IMG/VR virus record: IMGVR_UViG_3300030339_000003
Location: 124,001-188,000 of that record
Length of the DNA: 64,000 bases
Direction: 5' to 3' (one strand)
The translations under genes were made by a program, and so were the position numbers. Below the pieces are notes generated by a model. It was not told the DNA's origin. It worked only from the letters and a program-made list of their open reading frames with translations, and did not search any database. Positions 10,333 through 17,746 of this stretch are shown one piece after another (positions within the stretch are counted from its first letter, which is position 1; each line of letters starts with the position of its first letter).

Positions 10333-10813
10333 ATTCAGCGAGTTCTTCAGACGAAGGGTTATCTATGATATCTTCGCCAGTAATAGTTGTGCCCTCATAA
10401 AGTTCTTCTTCTTCTTGAATGCTGGCAATTGTCTTATCAAGATCCATTGCGAATTCAAGGATTTGATAAACTTTACCAATAGAACGCACAGAAGCTTTTA
10501 CTTTACAACGAGGGTCCCATCCTGACTTTAACATGGCTGCGATCATCTTATCGTATTCACGAGTCACATGTTCGATAGCCCCTTCCCAAAACGCATCGGA
10601 CGTTACCATATCAATCAAAGCATCTTTGTGATACCCAGCAGAGTCGCCACTGTTATACATGTCTTCCAATAAACAAAACAATCGGACAGTCATGGAATCA
10701 CTAAAATGCTCATTAATTTCCATACCAGGTTCTTTAACTTTGTTTTCAGCCTTATTATAAAACCAAAACATTTTACTGTAATATGCGAGATCAATACTGT
10801 GGATCGGTAACAT
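10304..10813 (-). CDS. hypothetical protein with acidic C-terminus
   Basis: 169-aa ORF in operon. Confidence 0.75.
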   Translation of the reverse strand: MLPIHSIDLAYYSKMFWFYNKAENKVKEPGMEINEHFSDSMTVRLFCLLEDMYNSGDSAGYHKDALIDMVTSDAFWEGAIEHVTREYDKMIAAMLKSGWDPRCKVKASVRSIGKVYQILEFAMDLDKTIASIQEEEELYEGTTITGEDIIDNPSSEELAEYDKQIPKSK

Positions 10814-10838
10814 TTACTTTGCCCTTATGTAAGCCTAA

Positions 10839-11132
10839 TTAATAAAGAAACGTAACGCCAATTTGTGTTAAAGAAACTTTAACTTTGACGATTACATCAC
10901 TTGGAATTCCCAAAGTTAACGTCTCGAGAACACTAACTATTCTATTTTTCTTAATGTGTTCTTCAGCAGTCAGCGGTCGGTGATTACTAAACTCGATAAT
11001 TTCATAACCCAAATCTTCAATTGCATGACATACAATAAAAAGAGCTGTATCAAATTCTGAGGAGTGCATTGATGAAGACATACTTTTGTGTATACCCAAT
11101 GTCTTTAAATCAATAGCAAAGCATTTAGCCAC
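10839..11132 (-). CDS. small hypothetical protein (putative paralog array)
   Basis: GTG start with AAGGAG RBS. Confidence 0.7.
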   Translation of the reverse strand: MAKCFAIDLKTLGIHKSMSSSMHSSEFDTALFIVCHAIEDLGYEIIEFSNHRPLTAEEHIKKNRIVSVLETLTLGIPSDVIVKVKVSLTQIGVTFLY

Positions 11133-11161
11133 GTTAAAGCTCCTTAAAAATAAAAAGATTA

Positions 11162-11191
11162 ATACTACTAGGGCGTTAGCCCTAGTAGTAT
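11162..11191 (-). terminator. terminator after phuZ
   Basis: ATACTACTAGGGC/GCCCTAGTAGTAT hairpin, T-tract on minus strand. Confidence 0.75.
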
Positions 11192-11214
11192 ATTTAATTT
11201 AGTTAACTTTAATT

Positions 11215-12198
11215 TTAGAAGCAGCTACCGTCTTCGTTAGCATCATCGCTGAAGTCGTCTTGCTTAACAAAAGTAGAACGAGAGTTCTGTGACGATTTTT
11301 CCAGTTCGTCCAGTTCATGTTTTACTTTTTCTACTGCTTCGCCGTGATCCAGGGTCAACACGATAGTACTGTCGGATGGTGGGTTGTTATCAAGGTTGAT
11401 AATACCCGTTGCACGATAACCTGCGCCTTCAAAAATGGTCTTCACGTTTTCACGGCTGTCATGCAGCGAGCAATACGCTACTGGCGGTTTGCCGGTAAAA
11501 TCGGCCAGATACTTTTCGTTGAAGAAATTGATTTCAGACAGCGCTGGCGGCAGGCCGGTAACTTTTGAGTATTGAAGCAAATTAACGATGTCTTCAAAGT
11601 CCAGACCTTCGTTTGATTCGGTCAGGAACAGAGAAAGGTAATTGATTTCGTTGACGGCTTCTTTGTTTACTTCGCCCCAGGTTTTATCAGACGTGTTGTT
11701 AACGCGAATGAACGGGATGACTTTGCCCAGGTAGCGTTGTTGAGTTTGGTTAGCGTAAGACTGCAACACTTTAACCGAGTTACGACGTTCTACCAGTGAG
11801 CTGAAATCAGATACCAGAACCAGAACAGCCGGAACACCTTTGCTGATCAGATAACGCATTGTTGCTAACGTCAGACCAGAACCAGAACCGCCCGCACCAG
11901 AACCAATGACAATAACAAATTTGCCAGGTTTATGTTTACGGAAAGTTTCGCCGATGAATGGAGACATATGCTCGTAGTTGAGCGTGATATCTTTACCACT
12001 ACCCTGCGCTTTTTCGCCAGGAGCGCGAGTTGAATTCATGTGTTCCAGTGGGAACATATTATCGGTCGGGTTGGAATCAGAAGTATCCAGTGCCAGATAA
12101 GATGCTTCTTTAATGATTTTAGTACCAGGCATAGCCAGCAGATCTTTACCAATGTTAATACCAGTACCGCCGCAAAGTACGATCTGTAATTCTGACAT
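11215..12198 (-). CDS. phuZ: PhuZ tubulin (phage spindle)
   Basis: GGTGINIG, GSGK and GSGAGGSGSG tubulin/FtsZ signature loops, GLDFED T7-loop-like segment, acidic C-tail, 327 aa. Confidence 0.93.
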   Translation of the reverse strand: MSELQIVLCGGTGINIGKDLLAMPGTKIIKEASYLALDTSDSNPTDNMFPLEHMNSTRAPGEKAQGSGKDITLNYEHMSPFIGETFRKHKPGKFVIVIGSGAGGSGSGLTLATMRYLISKGVPAVLVLVSDFSSLVERRNSVKVLQSYANQTQQRYLGKVIPFIRVNNTSDKTWGEVNKEAVNEINYLSLFLTESNEGLDFEDIVNLLQYSKVTGLPPALSEINFFNEKYLADFTGKPPVAYCSLHDSRENVKTIFEGAGYRATGIINLDNNPPSDSTIVLTLDHGEAVEKVKHELDELEKSSQNSRSTFVKQDDFSDDANEDGSCF

Positions 12199-12269
12199 GT
12201 TACTACTCCATTGTTGTTTAAAGGACTTACTTATACAATTAAGAAAAGATTATGAATACAACTAACACC

Positions 12270-12289
12270 TAAGTAATATAGGTCTGAAA
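12270..12289 (-). promoter_or_regulatory. early promoter (TATATTAC) for phuZ
   Basis: Minus strand TTTCAGACCTATATTACTTA. Confidence 0.8.
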
Positions 12290-12330
12290 TTATAACGCTT
12301 ACTTAAAAATACAAAAAAATAAATAGGTGT

Positions 12331-12358
12331 TAGTCTAACCGCCTCAGCGGTTAGACTA
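12331..12358 (-). terminator. terminator closing the RNA island
   Basis: TAGTCTAACCGC/GCGGTTAGACTA perfect stem, T-rich tract on minus strand. Confidence 0.75.
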
Positions 12359-12362
12359 TTAA

Positions 12363-13319
12363 ATCCCCAGAAGGTTCATTGTATTCGGAATCCTAGGATG
12401 GCGCAATGCCAATCAATATATTTCTTACGGCGTAGCGGCCGAGGATGCGCTGGTTTTAATACTTCCGAACTGGGGATGAGTTCATTGGAAGATTCGGTAT
12501 ATGTTAAACCTTTAATGGTAGCTACCACAAGATTAAACATCGTAAGTTGGGTTAGAAAGAATTTACCGGTTGAGGGTAAACGTAATATAAGAAACATTGT
12601 TACCCTCCATTTGGAATATCATTTAGAGTGAAGCATTGTGTACAAGTCAAGAGCATATCACATCGGAGGCTGCCCGATGTACGCTTCATTGGCTTACTGT
12701 TATAGCCCGTTAATCTTCCATAACGCGACGCGTCGCAACAAGAAGTTCTTTAACCGGCATGTGTGGCTCTTATTGGTACCGGATATACCGGCGGTGGTGT
12801 CCACGAGCTACCAACGTGTCTCGTCGGTGTGCTTACACAATACCCACTCTAAATGATACTAAAGCAGGTCAACTATCCTTGTTGACCTTTACTTTTATTA
12901 CAGGCTGTTTACGACAAGGCAAAAGAACGCTCACGCTGACAGGGATGAGGTTCGGTAAGTATTTGATTTACTTAACGAACATCACTTTACATAAAGGTTG
13001 ATATTGCAGTGAGAAATTATTAGTGTCTGCTAGGGGCATAGGGGTGAAAGTCCCGTTCCCATTTTCTATTCTTGTTGTTCCCACACAGACCGATGGGCAA
13101 GCAGTTTTCACTTCGGGAGAAGCAAACTTTTATCGTTGCAACGCGATAAATCTTTAATAAGGTGTAAGGTATTCAATAACTTTATCGAGTTTGGTTGTCA
13201 ATAGACGTTTCAATTAAAAACTGAGTTTCAGTTACTGGTACCTTACATAAAGAGTATTTGCAAAACAGATCGACGGTTAACAATGCGAGGTGACACCCTT
13301 AATGATCTGTTTCACAAAT
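12363..13319. ncRNA. putative large structured non-coding RNA or RNA cluster (unassigned)
   Basis: No convincing CDS; nested long-range helices, e.g. 12617-12630/12845-12858 (14 bp perfect), 12635-42/12834-41, 12363-70/12470-77, 13163-71/13239-47, 13263-71/13304-12. Confidence 0.6.
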
Positions 13320-13320
13320 T

Positions 13321-13430
13321 TGGTAGGAAGTGAAGGATTCGAACCTCCGCGCTGTCCAGTATAGCCGTGGCCATACCTTCAAGCGACAACACTTATTATG
13401 TTGGGGCTTCGGCCTCTCGCCCAACTTCCT
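13321..13430 (-). tRNA. atypical 110-nt tRNA-like RNA with very long variable arm (anticodon position ATA)
   Basis: Acceptor AGGAAGT/ACTTCCT-A-CCA, D arm GGC/GCC, CAACA-TAATAAG-TGTTG, 38-nt variable region, T arm GGAGG-TTCGAAT-CCTTC. Confidence 0.75.
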
Positions 13431-13434
13431 ATAA

Positions 13435-13521
13435 TAGTGACCAAGGTTGGAGTCGAACCAACGTACACACTTTGGTGTAACTCTATTTAAGAGTAAGATG
13501 AGCCGTTCTCTTTTCTTGATC
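13435..13521 (-). tRNA. degenerate tRNA-like RNA / pseudo-tRNA
   Basis: Acceptor GATCAAG/CTTGGTC, T arm GTTGG-TTCGACT-CCAAC, variable-arm hairpin TACAC/GTGTA, aberrant anticodon arm, ends A-CTA. Confidence 0.6.
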
Positions 13522-13531
13522 TGAATTAGTA

Positions 13532-13921
13532 TTATGACTCGACAAGTGAACTAATAAACAAAAGTTGTTTACCAATTAACTTCACTTCTGACCAGCCTTT
13601 TTCAATAGCAAGTTTAATAACCAAATTAATAAGTTCTGGTTTAATGGCTTCTTTGTTGCAGTCCATTAAAGGGGTTACATTTCCCAACTTATCATACACT
13701 GGCCAGTCTGGTTTATAATAAGACTTAATAAGTTTTAAAACACCATCGCTACTCATTAAATAAGTAGGATCGTTTTTAGTTCTTTCCCCAGCATCCGGCA
13801 AACTAACTATTTTTTGTTTAAAATAGTTAAATGGAGTGGGATCACCTGGACCCGCTAAATGTTCATTAACGCGTGGAGGTTCGGCTGGATAAGGCTGATT
13901 TAATATTAACTCGTCTTTCAT
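13532..13921 (-). CDS. hypothetical protein embedded in the tRNA/ncRNA island
   Basis: 129-aa ORF with GAGG RBS. Confidence 0.7.
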   Translation of the reverse strand: MKDELILNQPYPAEPPRVNEHLAGPGDPTPFNYFKQKIVSLPDAGERTKNDPTYLMSSDGVLKLIKSYYKPDWPVYDKLGNVTPLMDCNKEAIKPELINLVIKLAIEKGWSEVKLIGKQLLFISSLVES

Positions 13922-13992
13922 TTTTTACTTCCTCATGGATTGTGCATCAAAAACCAAAATGGTAGATGCGGATCTTCATGACTTTATGAAGT

Positions 13993-14077
13993 TGGTACGA
14001 GGGATGGGAATCGAACCCACATGATCGAAATCGAGGGATTTTAAATCCCTTGCGTCTACCTATTTCGCCACCCTCGC
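13993..14077 (-). tRNA. tRNA-Leu(UAA)
   Basis: Full cloverleaf GCGAGGG...AGGGA-TT TAA AA-TCCCT, type II variable arm, TTCGATT loop, A discriminator, encoded CCA. Confidence 0.96.
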
Positions 14078-14084
14078 GTTTATT

Positions 14085-14345
14085 AGACACCGGCTCGCTC
14101 TGTGATGAACTCACGTCACTTAAAATACTCCCTGCCGGAATGGGGAATCGCGTTGGTCACAGATATAGTCGCGTACTAAACCGTTCTCAACGTTCTTGTA
14201 TAAGGTGACGCCCCTACGAATCCCACGTAGCTTATAAGCGCCCATAAGTCAAAATCAACACTTCGCACAATGGCCTGGTTGGTTCCTACTCATTTAGGGC
14301 TTACGGTCGTCTTCTGGTTCCCAATGGAACACTGCGACAGGCATC
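14085..14345. ncRNA. putative structured RNA between tRNA-Leu and tRNA-Asn
   Basis: ORF-free, GC-richer than flanks, several stems (14099-105/14157-63, 14273-77/14338-42, 14317-21/14326-30). Confidence 0.4.
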
Positions 14346-14351
14346 ATAATT

Positions 14352-14427
14352 TGGCGACCCTAGCAGGACTCGAACCTGCGACATATGGATTAACAGTCCA
14401 CCGTTCTACCAACTGAACTATAAGGTC
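14352..14427 (-). tRNA. tRNA-Asn(GUU)
   Basis: 76-nt cloverleaf GACCTTA...GTGGA-CT GTT AA-TCCAT...TTCGAGT...G-CCA. Confidence 0.96.
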
Positions 14428-14434
14428 TTAATTC

Positions 14435-14797
14435 TTATTTCGGTTCTGTCTTACTATCCAGCTCTGGACGCTTTTGAGCTAAAACATAATATGCAAATGT
14501 GGATTTAACCCATCCGCCTTCACCGATTTCACGAACGTAGTAATCCAAGGTCGGATCTTCTGCTTCCGCTTTGTTTAATTCTGCAACCAGCTGATCATAA
14601 CCACCGATATGTTTATCATCGATATAGATCTGCGGGACTGTCGTTACTGGTTTGCCGGCAAGTAAAGATAATTCTTCTTTACCCATCTTAGCTTGAACGA
14701 TGTCAATATAATCGAATTCCATTGACAACTCTAGCATCAGAGCTTTGGCTTTGTCACAGTAAGGACAATTGGGTTTACCATAAATCACAACTTTCAT
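14435..14797 (-). CDS. glutaredoxin with C-terminal extension
   Basis: CPYC active site, TVPQIYIDDKHIGGY motif; start reassigned to MKVVIY. Confidence 0.92.
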   Translation of the reverse strand: MKVVIYGKPNCPYCDKAKALMLELSMEFDYIDIVQAKMGKEELSLLAGKPVTTVPQIYIDDKHIGGYDQLVAELNKAEAEDPTLDYYVREIGEGGWVKSTFAYYVLAQKRPELDSKTEPK

Positions 14798-14861
14798 GTT
14801 AAACTCTTTTTGTTGGTTACCACGGAGAAACATAATATATTTAACCATGGTAATAAATTAT

Positions 14862-14906
14862 TAAAAAAACAGGCGAGACGCAAGCACAGGGTTACACGTC
14901 TCGCCT
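14862..14906 (-). terminator. intrinsic terminator with large loop
   Basis: AGGCGAGACG/CGTCTCGCCT 10-bp stem followed by GTTTTTTT on minus strand. Confidence 0.75.
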
Positions 14907-14977
14907 TATCAACCCAAGTTGGGATGCAAGACAATGGAGATAACTTACAAGTAAGATGGAAGGGCGATTCCAAATTA

Positions 14978-15640
14978 CTACATAGAATGTAATGCCCATT
15001 TTAAGAAGTCCGGCAAAGTCAAATAAATATAGTGTTCTTTACTTTGGTATTCAATCAATATTTTGTTTTTCTTTAGATCAACAAACATTTGATTATGCAT
15101 CTTACGGTATGCTTCTGGTTTGATGAAACCCAACGTTACTGATTTTGCGGCTGTGGAGAAGAAAGAAGGTTTGGGATCTTCAAAGTATTGATGTACTGTA
15201 ATGGCGCATTCTTGAACACCAATGTTGCGTGATTCATGCGCACCAATTGTTTTATTTGAAACTTCTCCATTGATCTTGAATATGGAAACAGCCTTTGGAA
15301 GTTTTAAAGTAATCATGCTGGCAATGTGGGTATAGATCAAAGATCGTTTAATCAATGCAGCATGACTGGGAGTAATTTCAAACTCTTTACAATCCGTAAT
15401 AAACTTTTTGAATGTAGGTAATTCAACCTTTACACGAATTGCTGTAATCAGACGCATGCTGTCTGGGCACATTGGGTCAATGTCCATATCTTGCATGTCG
15501 TAAATAATTTGACCATTAGAAATGGTGTATTCGGGAATATAGTCAAAGAACTTATCTTCTTTTGGAGTAATAGGTCTTTGAGCACGCAGAATAGCCAGAT
15601 CAACGATACGTGCTACGTCGTCATCGAATTCTTCAGTCAT
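14978..15640 (-). CDS. hypothetical protein
   Basis: ORF; AGGTG RBS before ATG 15640. Confidence 0.75.
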   Translation of the reverse strand: MTEEFDDDVARIVDLAILRAQRPITPKEDKFFDYIPEYTISNGQIIYDMQDMDIDPMCPDSMRLITAIRVKVELPTFKKFITDCKEFEITPSHAALIKRSLIYTHIASMITLKLPKAVSIFKINGEVSNKTIGAHESRNIGVQECAITVHQYFEDPKPSFFSTAAKSVTLGFIKPEAYRKMHNQMFVDLKKNKILIEYQSKEHYIYLTLPDFLKWALHSM

Positions 15641-15704
15641 GGTAGTCACCTAAAAAATAAACATAAAAAAGAATCAGAAGGGGTTACCTTCTGACTCATA
15701 ATAT

Positions 15705-16205
15705 TTACAGGTATTTAATTTCTTCAAGGTAAGAATTAGCAATAGCTACCGGTGTCAATACTTTCACCGTGTAACCCGCTGATGTATGCGTCAAGAACGT
15801 ATTACGGGTGTAATCACTCTTTTCTTTGATGATATAACAGATCATGTGGAACAATGCATTTAACCAAGCATCGTCTTTTACTTTGCTAGGAATAATGCGG
15901 CAACCGTGCGTAACGCCAAATTTATTACGGGTAATGACGTCAATAGACTTATCGCGCAGCAGAACAATCGTGCTGGTGTTTAATTCTTCTTCACGGGTAA
16001 ATGCATAGATTTCTTTTACGTCGGGCAGTGGAGCGTCTTCACGCACTTTAATCATGCTGGCAACGAAATCAAATCCACCTGGGAAATTATTACTGTTCAT
16101 TGCTAGAATAGGGGCTACGTTATTCGTAGCAATGCAGTTGTTCATAAATACTTCAATGAACATATTAACTTGTTGACGATGCGCTTTAGTGTCAGCTGGT
16201 GACAT
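15705..16205 (-). CDS. hypothetical protein
   Basis: 166-aa ORF flanked by terminator hairpins. Confidence 0.75.
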   Translation of the reverse strand: MSPADTKAHRQQVNMFIEVFMNNCIATNNVAPILAMNSNNFPGGFDFVASMIKVREDAPLPDVKEIYAFTREEELNTSTIVLLRDKSIDVITRNKFGVTHGCRIIPSKVKDDAWLNALFHMICYIIKEKSDYTRNTFLTHTSAGYTVKVLTPVAIANSYLEEIKYL

Positions 16206-16326
16206 ATCTTTAACCCTTATTAAAAATAATTAAAATAAACGATACAACTTATAAGTGTTTTGGTAAAAAATTAAATACTGCTAACTACCGTACCCTAGGG
16301 TACGGTAGTTATACGCCGATCAGATA

Positions 16327-16947
16327 TTACGCTGTTTGTTTAGCGATTTCATCAGTTGCATGCTTGAGCGCAGCTTTGACGATGCTATCCAGGTTTTTGT
16401 TGGCTTTTTCGATCAGATCTTTTTGGGATTGAGTTTGTTCTACAGGCTTGATGTCAGCCGGCACAACTTCAGGGAATGCCCAGGTCTGAATTTCACCGCC
16501 GGTCCATGGATCGAGTTTGATGCACAGTTTGAGAACGTCTTCTGCTTTCTTACCGATAGCCAGGTAAGCATTAGCGATTGATGAACCGCTGCCGATGCTG
16601 AACAGAGTTTCGCCAGGCAGGTTGGTGAATTGGGTATTTGCTTTATCGCCGCGGCCATCAACATAGAAGATCGTGTTGTCGTCAGCAATGGCGATACAAT
16701 CAGTCCACGCAGACCATTTACCTTTGGTTTCAAAATCGATGCCTTTTTCCAGATGCATTTTCAGCTCAGCCAAACCAGCCAGATCGCCAGCGATGCCGAT
16801 AGCCAAAATACGTTTGCCATAGATGGACCAACGTTTGCCTTCTTCCGGAGTATACAGCTTTTGAATTGGGTTCGGATTGATCGCGTCACCCAGAGTCATC
16901 TGAGAATCGGAAGCCAGAACGCCTTTAGCCCAAACAATTGTAGTCAT
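16327..16947 (-). CDS. HslV/proteasome-beta-like N-terminal threonine hydrolase
   Basis: MTTIV...LASDSQ (Thr1 nucleophile), GIAGD, SIGSGS, KLDPWTGG motifs parallel HslV TTIV..AGDGQ / GFAG / AIGSGG. Confidence 0.8.
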   Translation of the reverse strand: MTTIVWAKGVLASDSQMTLGDAINPNPIQKLYTPEEGKRWSIYGKRILAIGIAGDLAGLAELKMHLEKGIDFETKGKWSAWTDCIAIADDNTIFYVDGRGDKANTQFTNLPGETLFSIGSGSSIANAYLAIGKKAEDVLKLCIKLDPWTGGEIQTWAFPEVVPADIKPVEQTQSQKDLIEKANKNLDSIVKAALKHATDEIAKQTA

Positions 16948-17007
16948 CTTTTATATCCTGTGATTTGTTAAATTTACGGTTTATATTACAAAAGTATTAT
17001 ACTGCAG

Positions 17008-17682
17008 TTAAAAAATCATTGCAGCAACTGGAACGAGGTCTAATGCTTTGGAATCTAAAGCATTATCTAAACGGTATATAATACCTGTTGCAGTCAACAC
17101 GGCTAACTGCGTTTTTGTTTCGCTTAAAGGTTTGCTTTTAGGAACACGAACAAGTGTGCCCACATAACCTAATCCCATTAAACGTTCGATACCTGGATAT
17201 TCTTTTTTATCAATTTCTGTTACAAACCAGGTACGCATCTTTTTGTTATCGCCTAGCAGAACATTGCCAGGTTCATCCAAATCAGATTGGTCGAACTGAT
17301 AAGTAATGCCTCGGGTCGCCAATTGATCGTGCAGGTCTAAACACGTTTGCAAATCAATAGCCGTTTGCAGGCCAAAGTTACTTGCAGCGTAAGTAGTGCC
17401 TATAACTTCGTTAGGACGCGTCTTAATAGCGCCAAGAGCGCGCGTATGCATTGCGACTTCGATACCTTTGCCATGTAAGTTAACAAATGGCGTGAAAGGC
17501 CGCAGACGACGTTTTAGGTACAACTCATTGGTAACGATAATACGGCCCGCGTAGTTGTTATAACGTTCATCGTGCTTCAATACCGTATCGAAATCGGAAT
17601 GAGTCAATTGAAACGTATCATCCAATTTAGCGCCGACTGGAACTAATGATCCCATCTGAAGCATGGATTTACGTATTTGCAT
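17008..17682 (-). CDS. hypothetical protein
   Basis: ORF; start at MQIRKS supported by AAGGA and a TATATTAC at 17729-17736. Confidence 0.7.
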   Translation of the reverse strand: MQIRKSMLQMGSLVPVGAKLDDTFQLTHSDFDTVLKHDERYNNYAGRIIVTNELYLKRRLRPFTPFVNLHGKGIEVAMHTRALGAIKTRPNEVIGTTYAASNFGLQTAIDLQTCLDLHDQLATRGITYQFDQSDLDEPGNVLLGDNKKMRTWFVTEIDKKEYPGIERLMGLGYVGTLVRVPKSKPLSETKTQLAVLTATGIIYRLDNALDSKALDLVPVAAMIF

Positions 17683-17746
17683 TGCGAAGTTTCCTTTTGG
17701 TTTAATATGATTGAGGTTATACAACTGAGTAATATAGTGTTGAGAT

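Noticed and set aside
12376-13001. Short ORFs 12376-12597, 12398-12631, 12638-12856, 12759-13001
   Set aside because: No RBS, atypical composition, mutually overlapping, coincide with RNA helices
14161-14170. AGATATAGTC resembling the group I intron S element
   Set aside because: No matching R element (GACTA) or P/Q motifs upstream and no interrupted gene
12363-14345. tmRNA, RNase P RNA or SRP RNA identity for the structured region
   Set aside because: No tmRNA Ala-like ends, no GAGGAAAGTCC with matching CR-V, and no SRP domain IV motif on either strand; GTGAAAGTCC at 13044 is only a partial look-alike
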